Shown piece by piece: positions 48,372-61,716 of a DNA stretch of 64,000 nucleotides. A model generated the notes under the pieces. The model ran no database searches and was not told the DNA's origin. It worked only from the letters and a program-made list of their open reading frames with translations. Position 1 is the stretch's first letter; each line of letters opens with the position of its first letter. Position numbers and translations under genes: made by a program. The stretch lies in NCBI GenBank assembly GCA_051294905.1, contig CM119371.1, positions 9,984,001-10,048,000 on the forward strand, in the 5' to 3' direction. This stretch comes from Botryllus schlosseri (lineage: Eukaryota).

Positions 48372-49882
48372 TAGGGTTGTTCAGATTTGGGCATTTTTTG
48401 AAATCTTGTTTTGCGTAATTGCAAATGATAGTTTAGTGGATAAAAACACTTCTAAAAGCGATTTTGGTCATTTTCATCGCGATCTTCCTTGCGCGCAAAG
48501 CCCCCAAAGACCCACGGGCCAATTCTCCTTACTGCAGACTATTCACCATTCCTGGTTTGTAGCTTTAGTGAAGTTTGCGGTAGAAAACGGCTGAGTAGAC
48601 CTGGGAAATATCAGGTTGAATTATCTTTTTGACGATTGAACATACTTACATTCCTATACATTCCAAATGTGGTTCACATTCCCGTATTTGACATAGGTAG
48701 CCGCGTGGTAGGCCTATGTATGAACGAATACAGGCATTTTCAGCTTGTTTTAACTCAGTAAATGTTAATCAAAGACATGTTGTGTATGAATGTAATTTCA
48801 TCTTTATAGTAGCTCCAATTCACCTAATCCGCATCAGGTTTTCAGTATTTAATGCGTCTGAAGGAATGTTGACCCCCCCCCCACCTCCGAACACAAAAAC
48901 TCAGGCCTGTACTGTCCAATGCGTTGTCACAGTAGCGAATACGGCCAGAATACCTAGGTAAATTGTGCAAATGTCAAAAGCTCACGACACTAGGCTTCTT
49001 CTCAAAAGATCATGGCAGTTAAGTCTAAATGGGGTTCCTGATCCTCAACTACCAATGCATTCTCTAAGAAAACGTCCACGGTGTTCTTATGGAAACAAAA
49101 ACAATAATCTCAATACATATTGGTCATTGTCGTCACCCACTATGGTATGTGCTTGCAACTATGTATTGAGATTATTGTTTCTGTTTCCGTAAGAACGCCG
49201 AGGACGTTTTCTGACAGAATGCATTGTTAGTTGAGGATCAGGACCCCCATTTAGACTCAACTACCATGATCTTTTGAGAAGAAGCCTAGTATCGCGAGCT
49301 TTTGACATTTGCACAATGTACCTAGGTATTTTGGCCGTATTCGGTACTGCAGGCCGTTTTTGTGTTCGGAGGTGGGGGGGTCAACTTTCCTTCTGACGCA
49401 TTAAATACTGCAAACCTGATGCGGATTAGGCGAATTGGAGCTACTATAAAGATGAAATTACATTCATATACAATATGTCTTTGATTAACATTTACTGAGT
49501 TGAAACAAGCTGAAAATGCCTGTATTCGTTCATACATAGGCCTACCAGACGGCTACCTATGCCAAATACGGGAAGGTGAACCACATTTGGAATGTATAGG
49601 AATGTAAGTATGTTCAATCGTCAAAAAGATAATTCGACCTGATATTTCCCAGCTCTACTCAGCCGTTTTCTACCGCAAACTTCACTAAAGCTACAAACCA
49701 GGAATGGTGAATAGTCTGCAGTAAGGAGAATTGGCCCGTGGGTCTTTGGGGGCTTTGCGCGCAAGGAAGATCGCCATGGAAATGACCAAAATCGCTTTTA
49801 GAAGTGTTTTTATGCACTAAACTATCATTTGCAATTACGCAAAACAAGATTTCAAAAAAATGCCCAAATCTGAACAACCCTA
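48372..49882. mobile_element. 1.5-kb fold-back (palindromic) hAT-type element
   Basis: TAGGGTTGTTCAGA ... TCTGAACAACCCTA; arms ~48372-49119 and ~49160-49882; perfect 8-bp TSD ATGGGTAT; the empty site is visible in duplication copy 1. Confidence 0.9.
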
Positions 49883-52800
49883 ATGGGTATGCGTAGACCG
49901 CCGCATAATTATAATTACGGTTTTAAGGTTGAATTTGGCCGTACCTACACAAGTTGGCCAACGCTGGCCAAATACACATAAGAATAAGACAGAGCATCTA
50001 ACACAGTGGTTCTCAAACCCGACAATGAGACCCCCTGGTCACGCCGCCTCTGCAATTATGTAGACTTCGGTCTGCGCTGTTTATAACCATCTGGCAGGTA
50101 CCAATTCAAAATGTATGAGCTATCGCGGCGGTTTCCTCGGGAAACATTCTAGACAGCAGGTATCGCAAGCTGAGCACATGTTAACTCCATCCTGTTTTAC
50201 TCAAAAACGAACCAATATGTCCATTTACCACTACCAATGGTTAAATGATGACGAGAAACATTTGCTGATGACATCTCAAAAGAACTGTAAACATTGTACG
50301 ATATTACACATACGGTCATACTGTTCTGAATCATGAACCTGCATATTTATTGTGACAGCTAGTTACAATGTAATGCGTATCTGATACACCCCAGTACGAT
50401 TGGCACACCCTTTAAACAAGGAGTGGCCAACCTTTTCGGCCGAAAGGACACATGAGATTTGTGAACCATTGCGCGGTCCACTTGAATGTTGATGACATCT
50501 TTTAGTCGTCCAATAGCAGTGATCCGGATTAGGAAACGGTGTAAACAATATTTATCTTACTACCCATCAACATCAACAACAACAACTAGGTCATGACAAC
50601 TCAGTGTGCAGGAGGCACGAAAATTTTTCAAAGTTTATGAATAAATTCGTTCAATAATATTGTTACTTGCATATATTACGTGTAGCCTCCGTATACCTCT
50701 GGGCTCATTTGACAAGGTCAGAATTATTGACCCTTGGACCTATCACTATCGAAGATTTTGCAAACATGCATTTATAATTTTGTATAAAGGTTTCATCGCC
50801 GATGTTCTTTTTGCGAGTGCAGACGCGAAGTCTGATGTTGGACGACATAGTTGGATATACAGCTAGACTCATTTCCGTAAATGTAGGGTATTTTTAATTT
50901 TCAGAGGAGGTAGCAATACTAAGAGTAAGAAATCGAGTGACAATCAATCGATCGAAGTGCTTAGAATAATTTCAAGTCAAATAAATCTACCACGAAATAT
51001 TCTACTTCATGGTTATATATGTAGATTTACGAAAAATGTGGCGTTGCCAAAGCGTCGGAACTGATATTTTAGTCATCAACATCCTAAATTTCGTGGTCAG
51101 GTTAATCAAATTTATGGTTGGCCTTGCAAGCTCCTAATAAATTATGTGGATAATTCATCTTAAATTGAACTAATTATAAGAATTACCTCGCGGGCACTGT
51201 TTACTTTAAGCTGCTCATGAGCGCGGCCGCGCACTGCTTTTGAAGTCGCCGCGCACATACAAACGTCTGCCTCGCACAAGAAAGCCGAAGGGAAGACCTT
51301 TTATTAGACGTTACCCACTGTTGCCTTAGGGACTGCGCAGTGAGTTGGTGAGTGCGCGCAGATTCGTGAAAAATCAGAGGGAACATTGCTCGCGGGTCAC
51401 TCAAAACCTTCTCGAGGGTCACATTTGGCCCAAGGGCCACGAGTTAGCCGGCCCTGCTTTCAACATTACGGTACACCCTTGGGTGTACGATAGCATACAG
51501 CCGGTTGAAGAGCCCTGACATAGTTAGCTATTCAACTGTGTGATAATACAGGCTTATGAACAAGCCTAGGTATTTTACAATCAACTAGGTCTCTTACAAT
51601 CAAGTATCAGCCTAAGTATTAGGAAACAGCTTGGTATTTTACCCTTTATAAACTTGTCATACCCACACTAAAATATGCAAGCCTTCGGGAAACTTTAAAT
51701 TTTTGCTAAATTACAAAAAAAATAGTTCTAACACAATACACATCTAATCCATTACTATCAAATACTTGTGCATAAAATGAGCTGTGCAATGTCCATCAAC
51801 AACAGTGTTAGAAGGCAAAACTATTACAACATGATTTTGACATACAGCAAAAAGATGCTGATGAATATTTACTGCAAATCAGGTTGACTTTTGCTGTATG
51901 AGTCAGTTGCATGTTTTGACCTTCAGCCGATCGAGGTTTGGTTCTAGATTTGAAATTTCCCCACGAATACTCAAATTTATTTCAAATGGTGTTCATTCTG
52001 AGAGTCATCGCGTACATTTGGCTTTCATTAACACATGCTGCTTCATAACAGTGGCATTATACAAAATGTGTCAATTGAGCAATTGAGCATACTAACTACC
52101 ATACAAATCTTTAAATCTCAGTTCCAAAAGGCATATTATGCATTACATGCATCTTGATTTCATAGGGAAATATCTACCGAGCTTTCTGTTATTTCGGAAA
52201 ATATCTCTGACTACAAATATCAAAATTTCAGCCTTTTCAAATTAGACTAGAAGCAGAATTATAGCTGTCAGTTTTTTCTAAATTGGACTAGAATTAGATT
52301 TTTAGCCACACTTTTTTCAATATAATTAGGGAATAATTAGAAGGATCGCTACACAGTTTTCTTCACAAATTAGATTAGAATTAGTATTATTGAATCTGCA
52401 AAAACTTGAACTTAGACTCGGGTTCATTTCATAGCAATTCAAAGTTCATTGACATAAGCATGATAATATCAAATGGCTGTACACCGAAATTAATTCGTTT
52501 CTCCTAGCATTTTCAGGAAACCAGAAATTAGATTAGAATTAAAATGAAAGCATAGAAACATTACACAAGTTAGATTAGAATTGGATTAATGGCTTAGTCT
52601 AGTCAGACAACTAGAAATATCTAGTTGTCCAAGTGTGTTTTAGCGCTGATAAGCAAGCAGTTACCGAAGTAGGCCGACCTCATAAGTCGAGTTTAAGACT
52701 CGCTGTGAATGTGTTTGCATTTTAATTCAATATTGTTACAATAATGGTCTTGTCAGCTTGAAAAATATACCATCAAATTAGACAGATTAAACATAAGGAT

Positions 52801-53021
52801 CTGTTTGTATGTTGATAGAAATTCTGCTTACAGTTACAGTAATAGCTGATTGTGTTACATGCAACAAATCCAATCACCGACATATGGCAGTAATAATATA
52901 ACTCTTTGTATCAGAGGACGCATGATTACAGTATTCGAAACAATCATCTCTCATCACAGGACTTAATTTAATCAGTGTTATTGATGTTCGATTAGGATTC
53001 CAGTGCTCGAGTGATTGTGAC

Positions 53022-54312
53022 TGGGGATGGTGTGAACCTCTGAAAGGTTCAGGTTCGCGTCAACGCGAACCTTTTTGAAAGTTTCTGTGTGAACGCGAAC
53101 GTGAACCTCATGACGTCACTTGCCGTCATATTACTAATCCTAACTAGGGCTGGGCACAATGATTCGAGTACTCGAATCTGAATCGAGTATTAATTTTGAT
53201 GATTCGAGTCGAGTAGAAAAGACGATTTTTTCGAGTACTGAAATTTTGCGCTTCTGGCCGCTAAAAGTTAATTTATCTACGAGAATTATAGTGTCGATAC
53301 TAATTTTCGCTGTTGAAGCCTTGAAACCTTGATTCGGGGTATCGTAGCATACGAAACATATAGTACAAACCTACGAAGGTTGCTGGACGTAGCACATTTA
53401 TGAAGTCATGACAATCTCACAACATTGTCATCAAGTGGAATGAAATCGATATGGTCCGAAAAATACCAAAGTATCATTTATGAGATGGATAACAGGCATT
53501 TTATTCTTTGTGGTGGTATAAACGGTGCATATTTGAACTTTGACGCATTATATTCCGTTATGACGTCATAATTATTGGCACTCGATTTCTCGACTCGACT
53601 CGAAGTATATTGCGTGATTCAGAATCGAATCACTCTGGTACTCGATTTTGCCCAGCCCTAATCCTAACCCTACATGTCAGTGAAGTGACAGCCCATATTC
53701 TTGTACACGATACCTAGCGACGACTCAGCCACATAATGCCGCGATGCTGAAGTACATATTGACGTTTTAAACGTCGCCAAATGTATCAACTGGGACAATC
53801 AAGTGATCTAATAATTTATGATACAATAAACATATGAAATCAAGATTGACCCAGTACGCCTGCTAGATTTTTTACATCAGACAACGATATCTATTTCATT
53901 GATTGGTTGAATAAACATGATTCGCTGACTACCTACATGTCGAGTATTCCGCTCTTGATGTTGTGTGATTGCGGATGAAGCTTACAGCAGAGAGTTACTA
54001 AACATTCGCAAGCGGAAAGCTGGATATTTCGAGCAAACTTTTGTTACAAAGCGAGTAAATTTTTTTAGATTTACAAGATGCATGATCGTTTAGTGTTGAT
54101 ATTTTTATGCGGTCAGCGCCATGCACAGAGTGACCTGCGGTTGAAATGCAATAAATTTCAACCAAAGATGTTATAATGAAGCGAAAATTGTAATATATGA
54201 AAAAGGTTCACAGTGCAGAACCTACCAAGGTTCGTTTGTGAACGTGAGCCTCTAAATTCCCAAGGTTCACACACAGAACGCGAACGTGAACCTCACGTTC
54301 ACACCATCCCTA
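53022..54312. mobile_element. hAT-type MITE (GGGATGGTGTGAAC) with a nested element
   Basis: Perfect TSD ATTGTGAC; GAACC/GGTTC subterminal repeats. Confidence 0.85.
53145..53660. mobile_element. Nested hAT-type MITE (TAGGGCTGGGCA)
   Basis: Perfect TSD ATCCTAAC; TCGAGT subterminal repeats. Confidence 0.85.
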
Positions 54313-55342
54313 ATTGTGACCAAACGCACTTGTTACATTAACTAACTGCAAGAGAACACAATAGAACACTGGTATCACAATTTCAGTGTAAAATAACATC
54401 ACATGTGTCGAGTTCTAGTTCAAGTTGTAGGCTATGTTCGCAGGCGCAGCTATATTTTTTAAATGCACAACCAGAACTAGAACTGCTCCCTATTTAAACT
54501 CATGAACTAGAACTACTTGAAAAACAGTATCCAGTTGTTGATCATCAACTAACTAATCACTGAGGTCGTGGCGAAGTTAAAGCATGAAGATATCATAGAC
54601 GCGATTCTACAATCCTGACCGCTTGAATCATACAAGGCATTATTATTCCAATATAAAACATACCACATACTAAGCTATCTGGATAAGCCTGACTAGTTCT
54701 GACCGAGAATGTACCATTATACTCACCTACCAATATAAGTGCTACTGGTATTACTACACGCGCGCTTTCGTATTGCTTTCGGAAGTGCCGCATATCAAGT
54801 TACAATCCGGCACAAACTACAGAAACACCTCCAAGACACCCATGGACTACGTAATACAGCAGATGTTTTAACGGAGTATATTGGTATAACGCCATTTAAA
54901 TATTATTCGATAAGGAGTTGGTAAACCTTACATAATTATCTGAACTGGAACCCGATAAGACCTTTGTAAGTCGTATATTCTATCGTGTGAACGTTGATAA
55001 CAATTTGGCATGTACTCTCTCGTGCCTATGAGAGAGGGTCATTCAATTCATGATATTTCGCGGATTCGGAAGTCCGTTACTTTGTCGTACGTAATTCAAT
55101 AAAGTTACAAGTCGTGGAGACAGAAACAAAATATATTCGTCAGTGTGATCCATCGAATACGTGTCCAATAGACAGGCTTCGTGGTACGTTAGCCAACAAG
55201 GCCGTACGGCGCGGTTACGCCGGTTCGTCGAACGAAAGAAGAAACACGCAGCGAATTGTAAACGCAACCTTCTTGGAGTCAATAATACATCTTGGAGTCA
55301 GATATACAATTATACAACTACAAACATTCGCTCTGCGTTAAA

Positions 55343-55360
55343 TGGTGACCCCGACGTGAT
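55343..55360 (+). promoter_or_regulatory. Primer-binding site complementary to tRNA-Trp
   Basis: TGGTGACCCCGACGTGAT is the reverse complement of the 3' 18 nt of metazoan tRNA-Trp(CCA), and sits immediately after the 5' LTR. Confidence 0.9.
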
Positions 55361-56239
55361 TAATCACGACGACCGGCCGACCGAAGACAATATAAAGATT
55401 CGCCCTGCACGACGGCGAGAAATAGCAAGACCGAGCAACGGACCACGGAAACGATCAATATAAAGATTCGCCTTGCACAGCGGCGAGAAAGAGCATTCAG
55501 AGAAAACGACGAGACGTTATTGCCAGGAAGAAATGCAGTGGGGTTGTGCTTTCGACGATCAATACGCCGTAACAAAGACAACAATGAAGAAGACGTCTGC
55601 AGTGTCAGAAAATGCTCGGAAATCGCAGAAGTTTAGCAGATGTGCGGACAGTGGTGCTCCAAGCATGCATCACACGGATTAGAACAATAAGGTAGATCGA
55701 TTTTATTCTCTTACACTACGACGTTAGTTGGTTACTGTTATTGGGATATTGACAAAGTGTAGTTTTGTAAAGTAACTTGCAATCATTGGTTTCTATACCC
55801 AGATAGGGGTCGCATTTCCTGCGAGTCTGGACGCAGGTGCTTATATAGCATAATGTTTTGATAAGAGATGTGTGCGGGTAAACCCGTAGCAAGAAGGCTA
55901 CCCTATTTATTCGATGCCATGATGCATCCAATAGCTGAATAGCTTGATATGTATGTGTGATGAATAATGATATATTGCAAGCCTTATGAAGAGATATTAG
56001 GCCTCTGCCATACGACGATACCCTATGTTGAGTATATCATTGAGAAAATATGCACCGCGGTAGTGCATGATATTTGCAAACATTGCTTTGCATGTAATAC
56101 AATAAATAGGGCACACTCTCGTTCTGTTGGTATGTACCAATGTTAAATGCTACGTGATATGAATTAGGAAGTTTCATATCAATTTAGGATAAAATGATTG
56201 CAGGTGAATATTCGATTTTTTTAAACCCATAACAGTATC

Positions 56240-56812
56240 TTGCTAATTAGTTGTTGTGCGAGTGATATTATCGGTTTTCTGAATGCCCAATGTAAGGTAT
56301 CCTTTAATGTTACCGTAATATCGTGTATGTATTGTTTTGAGGTATTAAGTCATGTTTGTGTTTTTTTGTTTGATTGCCTAATGTTCTTGATTTGTATGTC
56401 AGTAGTCTGCATAAACAGACCGATGTTACTTTTTCCGCCATTTGATGTAGATAACGACGCGTTCGATGATGTTTTGCAGCAGTTTCCGCCCGTTGAGGCG
56501 GACAAAGTTGTACTAAACTCCGCGGTAAATCCGGGTGACGCAGGTGTAATTTCGTCCGGTAGTGATGACAGCGAGAGCGACTGTCCGGGTAGTGTTAGGG
56601 ACGAATCTAGAGAGCGTGTATCTGATTTCTTACCTGCTGATGTTGATCGCGTAATTCGTAGGCGTGAATCCCGCGTGCGCGATAATGCTAAAACCCAAAC
56701 ATATAATGAAGGCAGGACTCTCAACGAGTCAAGTCCAAGATATACGTCCAGAGGGAGACGAATTGTTAGACCAAGACATTTGAATGATTATGTGTTGCAT
56801 TCAATCGCATAG
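56240..56812 (+). CDS. ORF resembling the C-terminal tail of a Gypsy Pol/integrase
   Basis: Acidic low-complexity region ending RYTSRGRRIVRPRHLNDYV, the R..R...P..L.DY motif typical of LTR-retrotransposon Pol tails; true start unknown. Confidence 0.5.
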   Translation: MLISCCASDIIGFLNAQCKVSFNVTVISCMYCFEVLSHVCVFLFDCLMFLICMSVVCINRPMLLFPPFDVDNDAFDDVLQQFPPVEADKVVLNSAVNPGDAGVISSGSDDSESDCPGSVRDESRERVSDFLPADVDRVIRRRESRVRDNAKTQTYNEGRTLNESSPRYTSRGRRIVRPRHLNDYVLHSIA

Positions 56813-57967
56813 AATAAAGATATGCGTGATGAAAATTGTGCCTTGTGCATTAATATGTTGTATAAATGCAGGATTGCTGCTTCATCGATTGTCGAATCGC
56901 GTAACGTAAAGATGGGCGCGGTTAAATTGCGCTTCGTACAGTGATATATTATGTAAATGCAGGATTGCTGCATCATGTTGTGACTCCCCGTCGTAGAATG
57001 TAACGTGGGATCACCGAAGCTCTTTGCTGGAGTATACGTTGTAGAAATGAATGCTGACATCAAAAGGTTAGTCTCGTGTAGGCCCGGTTGTGGTCACGGA
57101 ACGGTGCGTCATGTTTGAGTTGGTCACTGTAGAATGGTTGTTGGATTGTCATAAGCCCTCTGTTGATGCGCGCGAACAACACGGATTTGGAAAGAATGAT
57201 TGTTGATCCCGTTGGCCAGGGGTTAACAGTAGTGATGAGAAAGTAGAAAAAGTAAGTGAATGACGGTAAATAGCAGGTTCTGTGGGTTTTGAGGCATGAT
57301 TGCTGGATGAATTATAATGTTGGCCTTGCATACACGTTGATGGCAGTCGTCAGTGCACAGACTTTTTCTGTCTATGAATTGTATTGTAGTTACTTTAGCT
57401 GTTTATCTTTATTATTCATTTTCATTACTTTGTGGTTTTGCATGCGAAGTGGCCTTTAATGTCACCGCTGTCCCGGTTTTGTGCTATTGATATTTTAGTC
57501 CTGCATTTGTGTTTTATGATGGTATGTTATTGCAAGCAATGAGATCGTGATTGTCTCTATGGTATCGCTTTTGAGCTAATTTTTATGTTTCTTTTATTGT
57601 ATTGATGATATCATGTTATTATTGCATGCGAAGTGACCTTTAATGTCGCTGATGGTACCGCTTTTGTGCTAGTTAATGTCTTTTATTTCATTAATTGTAT
57701 TTGAACGCTAAATATGGTTGGTTTGCGTTTCAGTTGCCTCTAGGGCGTCATAGTGTGATTTCGTGTCATCCCGAGATGGTTAGGTAAAGTAGGGTTGCCG
57801 AATGCCACGCTTGGATGGTATTTCGTTTCATTAGTTTACTTTTGCCCCTGCATATAAAATTGTTTCCTGTCTTCAGTCCCTATGATTAGCCCCAGTCCAT
57901 ATGTTGTATGACCCTAGGTTTGAGTTATTGACCAATATACTCGTTTTTTTTTACACCAAGTTATTTT

Positions 57968-57982
57968 GGTGGGAAGGGGGAA
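57968..57982 (+). promoter_or_regulatory. Polypurine tract
   Basis: GGTGGGAAGGGGGAA, 2 nt upstream of the 3' LTR. Confidence 0.85.
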
Positions 57983-58465
57983 CTTTTAACGGAGTATATT
58001 GGTATAACGCCATTTAAATATTATTCGATAAGGAGTTGGTAAACCTTACATAATTATCTGAACTGGAACCCGATAAGACCTTTGTAAGTCGTATATTCTA
58101 TCGTGTGAACGTTGATAACAATTTGGCATGTGCTCTCTCGTGCCTATGAGAGAGGGTCATTCAATTCATGATATTTCGCGGATTCGGAAGTCCGTTACTT
58201 TGTCGTACGTAATTCAATAAAGTTACAAGTCGTGGAGACAGAAACAAAATATATTCGTCAGTGTGATCCATCGAATACGTGTCCAATAGACAGGCTTCGT
58301 GGTACGTTAGCCAACAAGGCCGTACGGCGCGGTTACGCCGGTTCGTCGAACGAAAGAAGAAACACGCAGCGAATTGTAAACGCAACCTTCTTGGAGTCAA
58401 TAATACATCTTGGAGTCAGATATACAATTATACAACTACAAACATTCGCTCTGCGTTAAAGATGT

Positions 58466-58790
58466 GTTTCGACTTTAATGTAGACAATGGGCCTGGACAT
58501 GCTCGACGACTGTCGCATAGCCGGCGAGATCCTGCTCCACGAATCAGGTCCGGCATAGCTGATAGAGCGATGTTCTTTTTTGTCCACCATATGTTGAACG
58601 ACGTGGACGCGCGTGTATGGTATTTATGCACTTTCGATACCGAGGTAACGAAGTCATCGAAGTTTTCGGGAAAGTTGCCGCAGTGGAATTGAAAGGCCTA
58701 CATAAACTTGGCAATTTTTAGTCTTCGCATATCTTCTATGTTTAGGACACCGAATCTTTTGAGCAGCCATTGTAAAAACTATTCACAGCT
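58466..58790 (-). mobile_element. L2/CR1-type LINE 3' relic, target of the LTR insertion
   Basis: Minus strand LLKRFGVLNIEDMRRLKIAKFM...FPENFDDFVTSVSKVHKYHTRAS resembles a LINE ORF2 C-terminus. Confidence 0.6.
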
Positions 58791-59255
58791 CAACTGTACA
58801 GTACAGATTTTTCGGGAAAGTAATTCGATTCGGATATTCTTTGATTTTGGATGGCATTGTTCGAATTAGCATCGGTTTTAGTTGAGATTTTCCGGATTCG
58901 GACGGATAGTTCCTCACAGCATGGAAAACTGAAGGGACTCGAGCGCTGTCGGACGGATTCGCATTCCAAGAAATCAATATCAGCTCATCACTTGATGAAG
59001 TCATAGCGACACCTTACGGTCGTGCGTCGCCTACAAAGCATATTTTTGTTTTGTATAGAAATAAGGAGAGAGAGAGAGAGAGAGTCTTTATTTTCATCTA
59101 ACCAAAATACATAAAAACAGACGGCAATGATAATGGTAAAGAAAAAATGCATGCACAGTATTCGGTATCTGATAGGAGTGATCGACACGACCATGAAGGT
59201 CAACTAGTCTGATCACACCAGCATCAAACAGGAAGGCCTATACTTGACTCTACAC

Positions 59256-60379
59256 CAATGGTTCCCAACGTGGGCGATATCGCCCCCAGGGGCGATTTGG
59301 CGGTCTAGGGGAGCGAAAATAACGAAGGGGGCGATAGGGGGCGAAAACATCAAAGGGGGCGATACGGGGGCGATGGCGCGTTAAAACGGCTATATTGGAG
59401 TCGGGACCGTAACTACCGCACCCGAAACCCCCCAATTGGGGGGGGGGGGGCGAAATCGCAGGAAGCCCAAAATTATTTCGTGAATTAACATGAATGATAG
59501 AGTAATTTCTAAGAAATTCATGCGACTTATTCAAAAATTTTCCGCGATGTGCGCGATTTAATATTTTCATGTATCTTGATGTTGGGGTCCCCGTCACCCA
59601 ACAAAAATACGCATGATTTATGGAAATGGGAGACTTCGGCGTCGGCCATTACTGCGCCACGGCGCACCAAGACATATGAAGTTAGCGGCCATGTAACATG
59701 CGACTCCTAGAAGTGTGCCAGAACGATCAGCAGCGAGAAGACCGAAAACTTCGATATATATACAATACATATATGTTTAATTGTCCATAGGCGCCTCAAT
59801 GGCTGGCGTCGAATGTTCCTGTCCTGGCGACCTTAACCCAACAGGACAAATGCCATCCCGCAAAGAAAAATTATTTGCCAGTAAAGAAATACCAATATGA
59901 AATCACGTGCGTCTCTTATTTGGTACGTTTTGACGATTTCCATACCTTCTGGCATAGCAGATATAGGAGGTTACGAAATAGCATCATGTAAAGAAGTCAA
60001 TATAACAACGATTCCGCCCGAAGATGCTTGATTATTATTTAGGGGTCCTACCTTTTCCAACATACCACACGACCATATTGACCGATTCAAACATGAATTA
60101 TATAAATTTGTCGCGCTTGGCGCGTCTAGGCGAAATACAGTGACTCACCAAACAGTACATGAAATAGAGTATAGCTGATATGTAGCGACAAAAAGCCCAC
60201 TGGCGGAGTGGGGTCTGGGGTTCGGGTTATCACCCTATGGGGCCAAAGACTAACGTTTTTTTTTTCGGAGGAGGGGGGGCTGACGAAGTGCTGTTTTTCG
60301 GTTCCCAATATTTGGGGGGCGATGATCGGTGTGGAGCTTCAAAAGGGGGCGATGAGTCGCAAAAGGTTGGGAACCACTG
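59256..60379. mobile_element. hAT (Buster) MITE with an internal insertion
   Basis: TIR CA(A/G)TGGTTCCCAAC; perfect TSD CTCTACAC; GGGGCGA subterminal repeats. Confidence 0.85.
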
Positions 60380-60789
60380 CTCTACACAGTCAGGCTGTAA
60401 AAATGTTGGTTTAAAAAGGAAAATAAAAAGAAAAGTAAACAATGGTAGCAAATGATCAATGAAGCAATGTCTGGACAAGGTAGGACAACAGTGTTATAAT
60501 GACAAGAGGTGATTAAGCAAGTCTTTTTTGAATCTATAATAAGTCAATTCACGAATATCTTGTGGTAATTCATTCCAAATGATAGGAACAGTCGATAGAT
60601 CTCTTAGTTAGGTTGCTATAGACTAGAGAGAGACAGTTGTTATTGAGTAAAAAATTACATTCAAAAATAAAATACAAGTTGCAACGATACGATCCTTAGG
60701 GATCCGCTAGTCAGCTGCATATATGGAGTACAAAATCGTCTTTTAATAGTCTCGCGTCGATAATAAATTAAAAACAGGTACAAAAGTGG

Positions 60790-61716
60790 TTAATTGGAAT
60801 AACACCAAAGTAACAGGCAACAATAATAAAGAAGTAACGAAAGAACGAAATACAATGAAAACAAAAGATAAATAGAAGATGAATAAATGTACAGAGTTGT
60901 CAGTTCAAATTCTAGAGAAAAAAACAAACAATTTGGCAAGAGATTATCATATCCAATAAACGGCAATTACAACGGAACTAACTTCAATATGACATGAGTA
61001 AATGAGATTTAAATTCTCGACAAAAGGCTGAAAAAGACATTTCCTACATGGCTAATGGAATGTCATTCCATATTTTTGGTCCGTGATATATGATTGATCT
61101 CCGGCACTTACTATTCGTGACATTACAAACAAATAAATTATTGGAAGTCGAAGACCGAGTACGATGTATATGTACGATACTAGATGGCGTAAACATTTCA
61201 CTAAACAAACTTGGGAGATCACTTCGATCCTCTACTGTCAAGATGTTCGGGCATTTATATTTAGGGGGAGAGTCGTTCCCGTTCTTTCATGCCAGTGATG
61301 TTTCTAATTGCTAAATTTTGAAGTACTTCAATTTTAGAATAGTACGTTTTGCAGCTAAGTCCCCAGAAGACTATGTCATAACTGAGCTGACTATCAAAGA
61401 GTGGGAAATATAAATTGCCAAGCAGAGGTCTTGGGAGGCTGTGTCTTAGACAAGAAAAAATTCCTTCAACTCTGGAAAGTTATGTGGTAATTTTATCGAT
61501 ATGGAACTTCCATTATAAATTATCGTCAATGTGAATTCCAAGGCAATTCACACAGGTTATGGGGTTCACATTTGTATTATTTAGATTCAAGAATGGAGAG
61601 AAGAATTTAACGGGACTAGGCTTTTGGTTAATGATTAGAATTTGTGTTTTAAACGGATTTATAAGTAGCTTGTTCACATTCATCCAAGAACTGATTCGAT
61701 GCATTTGGGTGTGAAC
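60790..61716 (-). mobile_element. L2/CR1-type LINE relic (end of RT domain and C-terminus); resumes at 63725-63770
   Basis: SWMNVNKLLINPFKT...CLGIHIDDNL and HIHRTRSS...SIIYHGPKIWNDIP; the frame continues across the 61717-63716 insertion (CSYVSASSLPILRELVHTQMHRISSW). Confidence 0.8.

Larger units (their letters stand above)
54867..58460 (+). mobile_element. Young non-autonomous LTR retrotransposon (Gypsy-like)
   Basis: LTRs 54867-55342 and 57985-58460 (476 bp, one difference seen); TSD GATGT; primer-binding site and polypurine tract present; no gag/RT ORF. Confidence 0.93.

Noticed and set aside
48364..49877. Mirror-image ORF pairs on opposite strands
   Set aside because: They result from the palindromic element arms and show no protein-like features.
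55043..58692. Identical short ORFs at 55043-55341 and 58161-58459
   Set aside because: They lie inside the two LTR copies; the duplication reflects the LTRs, not genes.
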